64,000 nucleotides of DNA from Alphaproteobacteria bacterium (GCA_964291215.2 OZ219791.1:3424001-3488000), one strand, 5' to 3'. Counted from the first letter of the stretch, positions 10,085 to 20,698 are shown. Notes: generated by a model from the sequence alone, not told the origin. Program-made: numbers and translations.

Positions 10085-11275
10085 TCAGACGATCTCGGGC
10101 AAGCGCTCTGCCGGCGGCGTGTTGCGACTTCTTCCGCTCGCCACCTTGCCGTCGATGACCACCATTCCCACGCCGGGGATGTCTCCCATGCGGACGCTCT
10201 CCAGCAAGTCCTTTCCTGCGGTGTGCTGGGCGCGGTCGAGGAACACGAAGTCGGCCGTACGTCCCTGCTCGATCAACCCGCAATCGAGATCACGCACCCT
10301 GGCCGTGTTTCCGGTTGCAAAACAGAAGACTGTCTCGGCCGGCACCTCCCCAAGCGATGACAGGATCGCGATCGTTCGCAATATTCCGAGCGGCTGAACC
10401 CCCGAACCGGCCGGACCGTCGGTGCCGAGGATCACCCGTTCGAGCTGGCCAAGTTCGGTCGCCGTGCGAAGCGCGAACAGCGCTGCCGTCGCGTTGCCGT
10501 TGTGGACGATCTCGATGCCGGCCCGGCAATCCTCGCACAGGCAACGGATCTGGTCGAGGGGTAGTGAGGTGTGGCCGCCATTGATGTGTCCGATGATGTC
10601 GGCGCCGGCCTCGAGGACCACATCCTTGTCGATCAGGCCGGAGCCCGGAATCGACGGGCCGCCGGTGTGTATCGTCGACTGGATCCCGTACTTGCGAGCC
10701 CAGTCCACCATCTGACGGGCCTCGGTTCCGGCCTTGACGCCGCCGAGCCCGATTTCGCCGAGGAGCTTGACGCCGGCCTCTGCGAGTTCCTTGAAATCCT
10801 CCTCGACCATTCCGGTCTCGAGAATGGGTGCTCCGGCATGAACCTTCACGCCGCCCGGCGGAAATGCTGAAAACGCGCGTTGCGCGGTGATGCCGAGCGC
10901 GACCACGCCTCTCGGGTCCTTCGGGCGGCCCGGCAGATGGACCTCGCCGGCGGATATCATCGTCGTGACCCCGCCATGCATCGAGGAGTCTATCCAGTTG
11001 AGCTGGCTCTGGCGGGGCGTCCAGTCCCCGAATACTGGATGGACATGGCTGTCGATCAGGCCGGGGCAGAGCGTGACGCCATGAGCGTCGATGGCGAGAT
11101 CCGCCCCTTCCTGATCGACATCGGCGGCCTTGCCGAAGGCCGAGATCCGGCCGTCTACGGCGACCAGGGTATCCGCATCGAGGACAGGAGATTCAAGCGC
11201 CCCCGAGAGCATCATGCCGATGTTGCGGATGACGGTCTTGCCCTTGGGTACCTCTCGAAGTATCGCTCCGGCCAT
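10085..11275 (-). CDS. ena: Enamidase (amidohydrolase family)
   Basis: PGLIDSHVHPVFGDWTPRQ, SAGEVHLPGRP, IHTGGPSIPGS, GHINGG, GTDGPAGSG, SRNTPP. Confidence 0.82.
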   Translation of the reverse strand: MAGAILREVPKGKTVIRNIGMMLSGALESPVLDADTLVAVDGRISAFGKAADVDQEGADLAIDAHGVTLCPGLIDSHVHPVFGDWTPRQSQLNWIDSSMHGGVTTMISAGEVHLPGRPKDPRGVVALGITAQRAFSAFPPGGVKVHAGAPILETGMVEEDFKELAEAGVKLLGEIGLGGVKAGTEARQMVDWARKYGIQSTIHTGGPSIPGSGLIDKDVVLEAGADIIGHINGGHTSLPLDQIRCLCEDCRAGIEIVHNGNATAALFALRTATELGQLERVILGTDGPAGSGVQPLGILRTIAILSSLGEVPAETVFCFATGNTARVRDLDCGLIEQGRTADFVFLDRAQHTAGKDLLESVRMGDIPGVGMVVIDGKVASGRSRNTPPAERLPEIV

Positions 11276-11302
11276 GTCGCGGCTCCTTCCCCGTGGCTGA
11301 CG

Positions 11303-12016
11303 TTATTCGGCGGCCGCCGGCGCATTGCGCCGATCGGAAGCCTCAAGCCGCGCACACAGATCGTCAGTCGCCTGTACGTCTCCGAAATGCAGGTAGAACG
11401 CCTTCAGCGCGTTGGCGTGTTCCTCATCGGTTGCCGTCGCACAGCCGTCAGACACCATGAGCGTGCGGTAGTTGAGCATCATCGCGTCGCGGGCGGTAGA
11501 TTCACAACACACGTTTGTTGCGACGCCGCAGATCAGGACGTTCTCGATACCATGATCCTTGAGCACGAGTTCGATGTCGGACGAGCCCTGAATGAAGGCG
11601 CTGTAGCGCCGCTTGATGACGCGGTGGTCTTCCTCTTGCACATCGAGCGTCGGCCAGAGTTCGAACGGCCAGGCGCCGCGGGTCATGGAGTTGATGCGGA
11701 TGTCGCCCTTCTCCGGGAGATTGCGCTCGTGGGCGGTCTTCCACGAGACCGGCGTGTCGGCCGGCGCCAGATTCTGTATCCAGATGACGATTCCGCCGGT
11801 GCGCCGCACGGTATCGGCGATCCTGTTGACATTGTCGACAATAGTCTGGCCGACCGGGCAGCCGGCCTGCTGGGTCTCGTCCATGAAATAGTTCTGCATG
11901 TCGACGACCACGAGCGCGGTCTTCTCGGTGTCGAAGGTCTCGCAGGTGTGCTCGCGGCCCTGACGCGCAACGATGCGGTCGATGTAGTCGCGGGGCATTT
12001 CAAATGGATGCGGCAT
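11303..12016 (-). CDS. Isochorismatase/cysteine hydrolase family protein
   Basis: LVVVDMQNYF, KRRYSAF, GVATNVCCESTARDA catalytic motifs; start inferred at MPHPFEM. Confidence 0.85.
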   Translation of the reverse strand: MPHPFEMPRDYIDRIVARQGREHTCETFDTEKTALVVVDMQNYFMDETQQAGCPVGQTIVDNVNRIADTVRRTGGIVIWIQNLAPADTPVSWKTAHERNLPEKGDIRINSMTRGAWPFELWPTLDVQEEDHRVIKRRYSAFIQGSSDIELVLKDHGIENVLICGVATNVCCESTARDAMMLNYRTLMVSDGCATATDEEHANALKAFYLHFGDVQATDDLCARLEASDRRNAPAAAE

Positions 12017-12458
12017 GTTACGGTCTCCATCGAGGATGATCATCGGATCCTCGATCATACGTCCGGATTGGGCGCCGGCCAACATGCGCCAGCATTTTCT
12101 CGAGTTACGGTTGATGATGTCGGGGCGTTGGCGGCGACCGAGGCCCCGTGTCCGCGCTCCTTGCCGTCGACGGGGCGGAACTGGCACGCCTCTCGCCGGG
12201 ATGACAGATTCTGATTTCCGGGTCCGGGAAATTCCGGCACACCGCGGAGCCCACGGACGGAGAAAGATGGCTCTGACCGCGGGCATTGGTTTGGATGGCA
12301 GGCGGGTTTTTGCTATAGACAGGCAGACTGACAACCAGCGGCAAGCGTCGCAGGGAGCGTCCCTGAGGTTTCGTGACGGGTGTACGGCCCGACTTCCGGC
12401 CGCGGTCGGCATGGAAGCCGGTCGGGGCCGTAGCACCGGAACGAGCTGAGGAGCGAAG

Positions 12459-13031
12459 ATGTCTGCCAGGAAAAATAGCGGCGTTTCCGCACCGGTCTGG
12501 TTCACGATCGTGACCGTGCCGAGGGTGATTATCGGCCTGGTCATCCTCGTCGGCATCGCGATCAATTTTGCGAACGTGATCGGACGCTATGTCTTTCTCG
12601 AACCCATCATTTGGGCAGAGGAGATCATGATCTACATCATGGTCTGGACCGTTTTCATCGGAGCCGTCCTGGTGTCATTCGAGGGGCAGCATCTGAAGAT
12701 GGACTTCTTTTCGGTCATGCTCCCGTCGCCGTGGAAAGAGATCATCAACTTCGTCGCCACCATCGCGATTCTCGCCGTCTGCGTCTTCGTTATTCCGCAG
12801 AACTGGACGGTTGTCGAGTTGATGTGGAACAACGACCAGCGCAGTGTGGTTGCCGAGGTTCCAATGGTAATTCCGCACTTTGCGCTGCTATTGGGCTTCG
12901 TTCTCATTTTCGTGGCCATCGTGGTGCGTTTCAGATCGCATATTACGGGCACTCTGTCGAGCGAGGTCGATGAGATCGTCGAGGAATATGGCGGCGATAT
13001 CGACGCGCCTGCCGGGTTGTCGGAGAAGTAG
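12459..13031 (+). CDS. dctQ: TRAP transporter small permease
   Basis: Four TM segments, NVIGRYVF...WAEE...GAV...HL.MD pattern. Confidence 0.85.
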   Translation: MSARKNSGVSAPVWFTIVTVPRVIIGLVILVGIAINFANVIGRYVFLEPIIWAEEIMIYIMVWTVFIGAVLVSFEGQHLKMDFFSVMLPSPWKEIINFVATIAILAVCVFVIPQNWTVVELMWNNDQRSVVAEVPMVIPHFALLLGFVLIFVAIVVRFRSHITGTLSSEVDEIVEEYGGDIDAPAGLSEK

Positions 13032-13067
13032 ACCGGCCGCCGACATCAAGTTACAGGGAGAGTTTTC

Positions 13068-14342
13068 ATGGAATGGGTAATGGCGGTCGTCCCGGTAGTT
13101 CTGTTGTTGCTGGGATTCCCCATCTTCGTGATCCTGCTGGCGACGCCGGCGATCATCCTCCTGATTTTCGCGCCGGTGCCGCCGATGGCGGTGCACATCA
13201 ACATGTTTGGAAGCGTTGACAAATTTGCGCTGATGGCAGTGCCGTTCTTCATCTTTGCCGGAGAGCTGATGGGCCATGGCGGAATCTCGAAGCGAATTGT
13301 CGCCTGGGTGCTCTCGATCATTGGCGGTGTGCGCGGAAGCCTTGCACTCACCACGGTCGGCACCTGCACCGTCTTCGGCGCGATCTCGGGCTCAAGCCCG
13401 GCAACGGTGGCCGCCGTCGGGCGACTGCTCTACGGGCCGCTCCGCGACGCCGGCTACGACGAGAAGTTCTCAAGCGGACTTCTCGCCTCCTCGGGCGCCA
13501 TCGCCATCGTCATTCCGCCGTCGATCGGCATGATCCTCTACGGCGCGTCGGCCGAGCAGTCGGTGGCCTTGCTGTTCATCGCCGGGATCATTCCGGGCCT
13601 TATCATGGCCGCGCTCATGGCAGCCTACATCTACGCCTTTGCGCTCAGGAGGAACATTCGCGAGGCTGCGGGCTTTTCTTTCGGCGAATTCCTTCGTGCC
13701 AGCAAGGACGGCATCTGGGCGCTCGGCACGCCAATCATCATCCTCGGCGGCATCTATGCCGGCATCTTCTCGCCCACCGAGTCGGCGGGCATAGCCTGCG
13801 TCTATGCGATCATCGTGACCCGCTTCATCTACGGCGATATCGACTGGAAGGGTATCTGGGACGTCTCGGTCAATTCCATGTACCTCACGGCCCAGGTCCT
13901 GATCATCGTTGCCGCCGCCGGCGTGTTCTCCCAGCTTCTGACCATCAGCGGCATTCCGCAGAGCGCTGTCGTCGCGATCAAGGAAATGAATCTCGAACCA
14001 TGGATGGTTCTCCTCGTCATCAACGTCTTCCTGCTGTTCGTGGGCTGCCTGCTTGATCCCGGTTCGGCCATCCTCGTGCTGACGCCGCTTCTTGCGCCGA
14101 TTGCGGCGGCCATGGGGGTCGATCTGATCCACTTCGGGATCATCATGACCGTCAATCTCGCAATCGGCATGTTCACGCCGCCGTTCGGGCTGAACATCTT
14201 CGTGACGCAGGCACTCTTCAAGGTGCCGCTCTCGAGCATCTATCCGGGGCTGATCCCGTTCATTTTCATCAATATCATCGCACTGCTGATCGTAACCTAT
14301 GTTCCGGAACTCTCGCTGTTCCTGACCCGTTACGTCAACTAG
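13068..14342 (+). CDS. dctM: TRAP transporter large permease
   Basis: LMAVPFFIFAGELM, FGAISGSSPA, IIPPSI, FSPTES, GMFTPPFGLN. Confidence 0.92.
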   Translation: MEWVMAVVPVVLLLLGFPIFVILLATPAIILLIFAPVPPMAVHINMFGSVDKFALMAVPFFIFAGELMGHGGISKRIVAWVLSIIGGVRGSLALTTVGTCTVFGAISGSSPATVAAVGRLLYGPLRDAGYDEKFSSGLLASSGAIAIVIPPSIGMILYGASAEQSVALLFIAGIIPGLIMAALMAAYIYAFALRRNIREAAGFSFGEFLRASKDGIWALGTPIIILGGIYAGIFSPTESAGIACVYAIIVTRFIYGDIDWKGIWDVSVNSMYLTAQVLIIVAAAGVFSQLLTISGIPQSAVVAIKEMNLEPWMVLLVINVFLLFVGCLLDPGSAILVLTPLLAPIAAAMGVDLIHFGIIMTVNLAIGMFTPPFGLNIFVTQALFKVPLSSIYPGLIPFIFINIIALLIVTYVPELSLFLTRYVN

Positions 14343-14404
14343 CACGCGGGTCGGCGCCGCGGCACGGCCGCCGACCCGGGCGCTGTCGTGGCAGGTGAAG
14401 GCAG

Positions 14405-15289
14405 ATGACGGAGAATCGCAGGCTGGGCCTGCTTGCGCTTGCGCTGACCATATTTTGCTTCGGGACGCTGTGGACCGCGGGCAAGTTCGCGATCGATCAT
14501 GTCCCGCCGCTGTGGTTTACGGCCGGTCGCTTCGCCATCGGCGGCCTCTTCATTGCATCACTGCTTGCGCTCCAGGGCCGGCTGCGGCTGCCGGCCCGCG
14601 CCGACATCCCGATCATTCTAAGCGTTGGCGGCTTCATGTTCGGCGTCTACTCCTCAATTTTCCAGAGCGCCCTGGAATTCGTCCATGCCGGCCGCGCTAC
14701 GATCCTCGGCTACACGACGGCAATCTTCGTGACGCCGGCCGCGGTACTGTTCCTCGGCGAACGCCTGTCGGGCGTAAGATTCACCGGCCTCATAGCGGCG
14801 ATCGCCGGATTTCTCGTCCTGTTCAACCCGCTGGAGCTCGACTGGTCGGACCGCGAGGTCCTGGTCGGCAACGCCATGATCGTGTTCTGTGTAATCATGT
14901 GGTCGGGCGTCATCCTCCATATCAGGGCTCACCGCCAGGTCTCGGATACGCTGCAGCTGGTCCCGTTCTTCCTGCTGGTTGCCTGCACGGTCGCGACATG
15001 CTCGGCCCTGGTCTTCGAGGGCCTGCCGGATTTCGAGGTGACCGAGACCGTCGTCTGGCTCTATCTCTATTCTGGGGCGATCGCGAGCGGCCTCGGCAAC
15101 TGGGGCGTGACCACGGCGATACGGAACCTGCCATCAGCGGTTTCGACGGTCGGCCTTCTCGGCGTGCCGGTGCTTGCGCTCGTTATCAGCATCTTGTTTC
15201 TCGGGGAGGTTCTGACCTGGTCGCTGGGCGTGGGGATCGTGTTGATCACCGCGGGAATTACCATCGTCACACTATCGAAGGACAGTTGA
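14405..15289 (+). CDS. DMT/EamA family transporter
   Basis: About 10 TM helices, two EamA repeats (FLGERL / FLGEVL). Confidence 0.85.
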   Translation: MTENRRLGLLALALTIFCFGTLWTAGKFAIDHVPPLWFTAGRFAIGGLFIASLLALQGRLRLPARADIPIILSVGGFMFGVYSSIFQSALEFVHAGRATILGYTTAIFVTPAAVLFLGERLSGVRFTGLIAAIAGFLVLFNPLELDWSDREVLVGNAMIVFCVIMWSGVILHIRAHRQVSDTLQLVPFFLLVACTVATCSALVFEGLPDFEVTETVVWLYLYSGAIASGLGNWGVTTAIRNLPSAVSTVGLLGVPVLALVISILFLGEVLTWSLGVGIVLITAGITIVTLSKDS

Positions 15290-15302
15290 GGGAGACAGCT
15301 GC

Positions 15303-16052
15303 ATGCTTGCAGACAGAACCATCATCGTAACCGGCGCGGCGAGCGGAATTGGGCGCGCCTGCGCCACGCGCCTTCTCGAACAGGGCAACCGCGTGGTTGC
15401 CGTGGATCTCGGCCGCGACGCTCTCGAGGCGGAACACGGCGGCGAGACCGGCAGCCTCAGGCTGATCGCGGGCGATGTCGCGCTGCCGGAAACGGCGGCG
15501 CGCGCCAGCGCCGCGGCGGTATCCGAATTCGGAGGCGTCGATGGCCTTGCCCATTTCGCTGCAGCGCACTCGAAACTCGACTGGCAGAAAGCGGATGCCG
15601 GGGAGTTCAACCGCATCCTCTCGATCAACGTGACCGGGTCGTTCCTCATGGCCAAGGCGGCGGCCGAGGCGATGATCGAGCGCGGCATCCGCGGCGCGAT
15701 GGTACTGACCGCGTCGGGCGGCGTCCTGATGGGCGGCACTGGAGAGCAGGGACGCGGGGGTCCCGCCTACACGACATCGAAGGGCGGTGTACTGATTCTC
15801 GTCCGCTGCCTTGCAAAGTCCTGGGGATGCCATGGCATCCGCGTCAACGCCTTGAGCCCCGGTGTTGTCGAGACGGCGATGACGTCGAACTACACGGCCA
15901 AGGCCAAGAGGGACGCGGCGGCGCGCGCTGCGCTCGGCCGGATTTCTCAGCCTGAGGACCAGGCGGCCACCGCCATCTGGTTGCTGTCCGACGACGCAGC
16001 ATTTATCACCGGTGAGAATGTCAACGTCAATGGCGGCGCGGCCTTTGGCTAG
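15303..16052 (+). CDS. SDR family oxidoreductase
   Basis: TGAASGIG, YTTSKGG, IRVNALSPG. Confidence 0.9.
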   Translation: MLADRTIIVTGAASGIGRACATRLLEQGNRVVAVDLGRDALEAEHGGETGSLRLIAGDVALPETAARASAAAVSEFGGVDGLAHFAAAHSKLDWQKADAGEFNRILSINVTGSFLMAKAAAEAMIERGIRGAMVLTASGGVLMGGTGEQGRGGPAYTTSKGGVLILVRCLAKSWGCHGIRVNALSPGVVETAMTSNYTAKAKRDAAARAALGRISQPEDQAATAIWLLSDDAAFITGENVNVNGGAAFG

Positions 16053-16085
16053 GCTGCTGGTTCCGCATACCTGGGTTCGTGCGCG

Positions 16086-16352
16086 TTGCGAAAGATTCCT
16101 GGAGGCCGCGGTGCAGCAGCCGTCGCCGTCGTGGTTGGAACAGGTTCGCGGGTGCGAGGGCGGGATGAGCGGGTATCGATGTCGGAATCGCTGGCCCGCA
16201 GGTTTGCCCGCGACGGTTTCGGCGTATTGCGCCGAATGGCGGAGGCTGTCAGCCTTGACTTCGGAAACCCGGATGTCCTAGGGTTTTTGACACCCGTCAC
16301 GGTCGGTATGGTGCCGTTCGCGGAGGATCCGTCCGACGGTGTCAGCGCTTGA
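16086..16352 (+). pseudogene. Possible degenerate SDR N-terminal remnant
   Basis: AVVVGTG...ESLARRFARDGF resembles an SDR Rossmann start; the rest is missing. Confidence 0.3.
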
Positions 16353-16437
16353 GCAGGTGGGATCAGAGGCACACCGGAACCGGCTCTTGCAGTGGTAGGG
16401 AAGCGTCAGTCTAGCAACTCGACGAAAGGGAGGGAGC

Positions 16438-17478
16438 ATGTTTCTTAGAAACGCCTGGTATGTTGCCGCCTGGGAGGCCGAGATCGGCGCCCAGCCCTTT
16501 GCACGCACGATTCTCGGCGACCCTGTCGCTCTTTTCCGCACGGCCGACGGCGAAATCGCAGCCCTCGAGGACCGATGCTGTCACCGCTCACTGCCCCTGT
16601 CGCTCGGAACGGTAGTCGGCGAACGCATTCAGTGCGGCTATCATGGGCTCGAGTTCAATCGGTCGGGAACCTGCGTGAAGGTGCCCGGCCAGTCGAAGAT
16701 TCCGCCAGGAGCCAAAGTTCGCGCCTACCCGGTGGTCCGGCGCTACGGATGGGTGTGGATATGGCCGGGCGATCCCGACAAGGCCGACGAAGCGCTGCTT
16801 CCCGACTGGTGGTGGTGCGAGAGCCCGGAATGGAAAACGATCCCGGGCCGCGACAGCACGCCGCTGCATGTGGAGGCAAACTACCTGCTGATTTCCGATA
16901 ACCTGTTCGACATCACCCATCTTGCCTATGTCCACACCTCGTCGATCGGCAATCTCGACATCATGGATTTTCCGGTCAAGACGCAGCGCTTCGACCGCCG
17001 CGCTGTAATGACCCGGTTGGTGCTCGACCGTCCGCCCGCACCGTTCTACAAGAAGGCGGGGGGATTCGAGGGCAATGTCGACCGCTGGCTGATCACCACC
17101 TCCGACCTTCCATGCTACATCGTCAATGACGCGGGATCGGTCGAGGTCGGCACCGGCATCACGCCCGGCGAGGCCGACGAGGCCAGGGGAGTCGAGATGA
17201 AGGTTATGAACGTCCCGACACCGGAGACGGACACCTCGACCCATTATTTCTACGCCCATGCGCGGCATTTCAAGATAGATTCGGAGGAGTGGGACGAGAT
17301 CTACCGCGCCGAGTTCATGGGCGTGTTCGACGAGGACAAGGTCATCCTTGAGGCGCAGCAGCGAAATATGAGCGGTCTGAACGGGGCGCACGAGATCGAC
17401 ATCAACGGCGACGCGCCCAATATTCTGGCGCGGAATATGCTCGACGAGCTGATTGCCGCCGAGCAGCGGCAGTCGTGA
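16438..17478 (+). CDS. Rieske non-heme iron oxygenase (VanA-like demethylase family)
   Basis: MFLRNAWYVAAW, CCHR...CGYHG Rieske motif, DNLFDITHLAYVH iron site. Confidence 0.9.
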   Translation: MFLRNAWYVAAWEAEIGAQPFARTILGDPVALFRTADGEIAALEDRCCHRSLPLSLGTVVGERIQCGYHGLEFNRSGTCVKVPGQSKIPPGAKVRAYPVVRRYGWVWIWPGDPDKADEALLPDWWWCESPEWKTIPGRDSTPLHVEANYLLISDNLFDITHLAYVHTSSIGNLDIMDFPVKTQRFDRRAVMTRLVLDRPPAPFYKKAGGFEGNVDRWLITTSDLPCYIVNDAGSVEVGTGITPGEADEARGVEMKVMNVPTPETDTSTHYFYAHARHFKIDSEEWDEIYRAEFMGVFDEDKVILEAQQRNMSGLNGAHEIDINGDAPNILARNMLDELIAAEQRQS

Positions 17479-18680
17479 GTGCGGATCAGGAGCAGGACAT
17501 AGTGCCGGGACCGCTTGATAGGGTGCGCATCCTCGAACTGACCACGATGATCACGGGATCATTGTGCGGTCAGATGCTGGGTGATCTTGGCGCCGATGTT
17601 ATCAAGGTCGAAAAACCCGATGGCGGAGACATGTTCCGGGCGTGGCGCGGCGGGACATATTCAGGGCAGTTTACCGCCTACAACCGGAACAAGCGCTCCA
17701 TCACGCTCGACCTTCGAAGCGATGAAGGGCGCGAGATCGTGCTGCGGCTGGCCGAACGGGCGGACGTGTTGATCGAGAATTTTCGCCCCGGCGTCATGGA
17801 ACGGCTCGGATTGTCGCTCGATGTCCTACGCTCGAGAAGTCCGAATTTGATCTATTGTTCGATCACGGGGTTCGGAGAGGACGGGCCGTACGACAAGCGC
17901 CCCGCCTACGACGCGGTGGCGCAGTCGCTGTCGGGAATCACCAGCCTGTTCGTCGATCCCGAGAACCCGACGATCACGGGACCGACAATCGCCGACAACA
18001 TGACCGGCATTAACGCTTGCTACGGCATTCTTGGTGCGTTGTTCGAGCGCGAGCGCGGGCGGGTACCGAGGCGAATCGACGTCAACATGATCGAGAGCGC
18101 GATCTGGTTCATCCCCGATCCGTTCGCCAACATGGTCTTGCAGGGAATCGAGCAGGGGCCGCTAGCCCGCGTCCGCGCCTCGCAGTCCTATGGGATGGCC
18201 TGCAAGGACGGGAAGTTGCTTGCGGTCCATCTGTCATCGCCGGAGAAGTTCTGGCTCGGGGTCACGGCTGCCTTCGGGCTCGAACACTTGCGTGACGATC
18301 CCCGATTTCATGAACGCATGCTCAGGATGGACAACTATCTCGAACTCCACGGAGAGTTCAAGACGATGGCGAAGACAATGCCACGTGATCACTGGACGCC
18401 GCGGCTGGAAGCGAATGATGTGCCCTATGCGCCGATCAACACGCTGGAGGACGTGTTCGGTGATCCCCAAGTCCGGCACCTCGGAACCTTCGCCGAAGTA
18501 GAACAGCCGGGCAAGGGGCGTCAGAAATTCGCCCGGCGCGCGGTCTGGTACGACGGCTCCCGGGACGACCAGCCCCTTGACCTGGCGCCGTTCCTTGGCG
18601 AGCACACAGACGACGTGTTGGCAGAACTCGGGCATGACGCCGGCGAGATCGCGGCGCTTCGTGATAAGGGCGTCATCTGA
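17475..18680 (+). CDS. CaiB/BaiF family III CoA-transferase
   Basis: LGADVIKVE, NRNKRSITLDL, ENFRPG, SITGFG..GP. Confidence 0.92.
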   Translation: MSADQEQDIVPGPLDRVRILELTTMITGSLCGQMLGDLGADVIKVEKPDGGDMFRAWRGGTYSGQFTAYNRNKRSITLDLRSDEGREIVLRLAERADVLIENFRPGVMERLGLSLDVLRSRSPNLIYCSITGFGEDGPYDKRPAYDAVAQSLSGITSLFVDPENPTITGPTIADNMTGINACYGILGALFERERGRVPRRIDVNMIESAIWFIPDPFANMVLQGIEQGPLARVRASQSYGMACKDGKLLAVHLSSPEKFWLGVTAAFGLEHLRDDPRFHERMLRMDNYLELHGEFKTMAKTMPRDHWTPRLEANDVPYAPINTLEDVFGDPQVRHLGTFAEVEQPGKGRQKFARRAVWYDGSRDDQPLDLAPFLGEHTDDVLAELGHDAGEIAALRDKGVI

Positions 18681-18844
18681 CAGCTCCCAATCCCGGAGCG
18701 CCGCTGGCAGTGTGTACCGCCCTATCGGATTTTCCTATGCTTCCTTGAACCTAAAGACCTCGTTAGTGCCTGCGCTCGTCAGCCCCTATTCCGATGGCCG
18801 AAAGCACTGCAACATCGCGCACAACGCCGTCATGGCGGGCTTTT

Positions 18845-19430
18845 TCATAGCGCGCATCCAGGATCAGGTATTTCATCAGGGGCCGGTTGCGCGGCGAGTT
18901 CTTCGTCGAGCAACCTGGTGGCCCGGCTGACCTGAGAAGAGGACAGGCTCCCGAACTCGCGCATTACATTCTGCCATGTGGAAACACCCTTGATGTACAT
19001 CTCGGCTACGGCGCGAGAAGATCGCTGGCCGCGTTCAAGCGACTGGGGACGGGTCGTCCCCGTGACTGGCCCTCTTTGGCACCTGAACGGTAACAGTGGG
19101 GGTGTCGATCCGCTTGTAGCCGTTGGCATAGCCCTGTTGCTCCGGCGTCTGGTGGCCCGCTTTCAAGTGCTGCTCGCGCTCGATTTGCATCGCAAGCTCG
19201 AAGAGCTGGCCAAAGACCCGCCCCAGATCCGTTGCTCCGTTTGCGATCAGATGTTCCAAAACAGTCCCGATCGTCGTAGTGTGTCGCAGGTCCATTCGCT
19301 TCCTCCATGAAGGTTTTCCAACTCCATGGGATAGTACGATGGCGCCGCGTTTCACTGGGGGCTAGCCCCCCAGTGAAACGCCTCAAAGCGCAAACCTCAG
19401 ACAAATTTCCAGACATCAAGTTACAGTACC
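18845..19430 (-). mobile_element. IS256-family remnant (left end and eroded transposase N-terminus)
   Basis: ANGYK.IDTP, AEMYIKGVST, SSSQVSRA fragments; terminal sequence at 19401-19430 shares AATTTCCAGACATCA with the IS256 end at 50258-50287; palindrome at about 19350-19379. Confidence 0.8.
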
Positions 19431-19631
19431 TGCTGCGCGACGGCGAAATAGTGGCTTGAAGCCGACAAAGGCGTTGCATAAGCTCGATGTTGAAGGAACT
19501 GAAGCTGTTCCCAGGCGGAATCGAGAGGGGCAGAGGGGAAAAATTTGCGCAACATCCGGCCCTCATCTCCGTTCGGGCTACGCCCTCACTGCGATGAGGG
19601 CCGGATGTTGCACTTCAGACTGGAAGTGGGG
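19431..19631 (+). mobile_element. IS30-family right-end fragment (inverted copy of 24547-24722)
   Basis: Near-identical reverse complement of 24547-24722, ending TGTTGCACTTCAGACTGGAAGTGGGG; contains a long GC hairpin. Confidence 0.85.
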
Positions 19632-19820
19632 TCAATTACCTATCGGGAACTCTTACGTTCCGGTCACCATTCAAAAGCTTCCCTCCATGAGTTGAGCAAC
19701 ACGGCGGGAGCCGTTGTGGTAGCGATTGTGGGTACTTTATTAACCACGAGGTTTACCTCTGTCAGCAATCTGTCGGGCTCGTGTAAAGGAGACGAATGAC
19801 GCAGGGCGACAAGAGGGCGA

Positions 19821-20692
19821 TTACGCCTGTCCGGGGACAGAAAGGCGATCGAGGTCGAGGTGGTCACTCTCGACGTAATCACGGGCCGTCATGTCCTCCA
19901 GGCGGTCGGCGGATCGAGACGGAATCGGCCGGTCTGGTCGAAGAAGGCAAGCCACTGATCCATGTGCGTCGGCCAATCGGCCTCAGCGTCCGCGGGATCG
20001 GCGTCCTTGATGAACCACCAGCTAAGCTGGATCTCGGCGTCGTCCCAGGACGGCGCCGCGCGGACCCTGATTTCGCGCAGCGCCCGAAGATGGGCGCCCT
20101 CGTCGGTCTCCTTGTCGTGCTTGTCGACAAGGCGCCTTTGCAGGACCTCGGCCGCGGCGACGAAATCGTCGGGAAAGGCGAAGCGGGACCTCTTGCGAGA
20201 AAGGGCCAGGGCAATGGCCCGCAACTCTTCGTCGGTCTCCCAGCCGGGCGTGCGGGTCCATCGAGCGACAAGGGCCTTCTCCACGGTCATGGTGCGGTCG
20301 AGGTCGGCGACCAGGCGGTCGCCGGCGACGGCCGGCACGTAGGCGAAGGCGGGGCGCTTGAGGCGGCGGACGGCCTCGACCCACTCCTCGGACACCTCGA
20401 TCAGGGGCGCGACTTCGACGAAGGGCCGGGAACGGCAGCTCCGGACGACATCGCAAGTCTGGCTGAGCATGACCATGTCGCGGGCTTCGTCTAGGATCGG
20501 CGTGGGACCGTCCTCAATGGGCTTGCCGTCATTGGCCATGGCCTCGGCGATTTGGTTGGACGCCGGGCTATGCGGACGGGTGAGGTCGGCGAGATGAAGG
20601 AACTCCAGGCCGGCGTCCAGGGAAACATCTCCCTGGCGCCAAGCCTGGAGGGCCTCGTCAATCGCCCGCTCGTCCTCTTCCATCAAAGGCAT
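19821..20692 (-). CDS. Hypothetical protein with PemK/MazF-like N-terminal motifs; 3' end probably frameshifted
   Basis: WRQGDV...VMLSQTCDV...VEVAPL...VADLDR...RSRFAFPDDF; the ORF stops at 19889, but a shifted frame continues LEDMTARDYVESDHLDLDRLSVPGQA* to 19821. Confidence 0.6.
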
Positions 20693-20698
20693 GAAGCA

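Noticed and set aside
19545-19612. Long GC hairpin as ncRNA, attC site or CRISPR repeat
   Set aside because: It is part of the IS30 right end, present in both copies; no array or integron integrase is present
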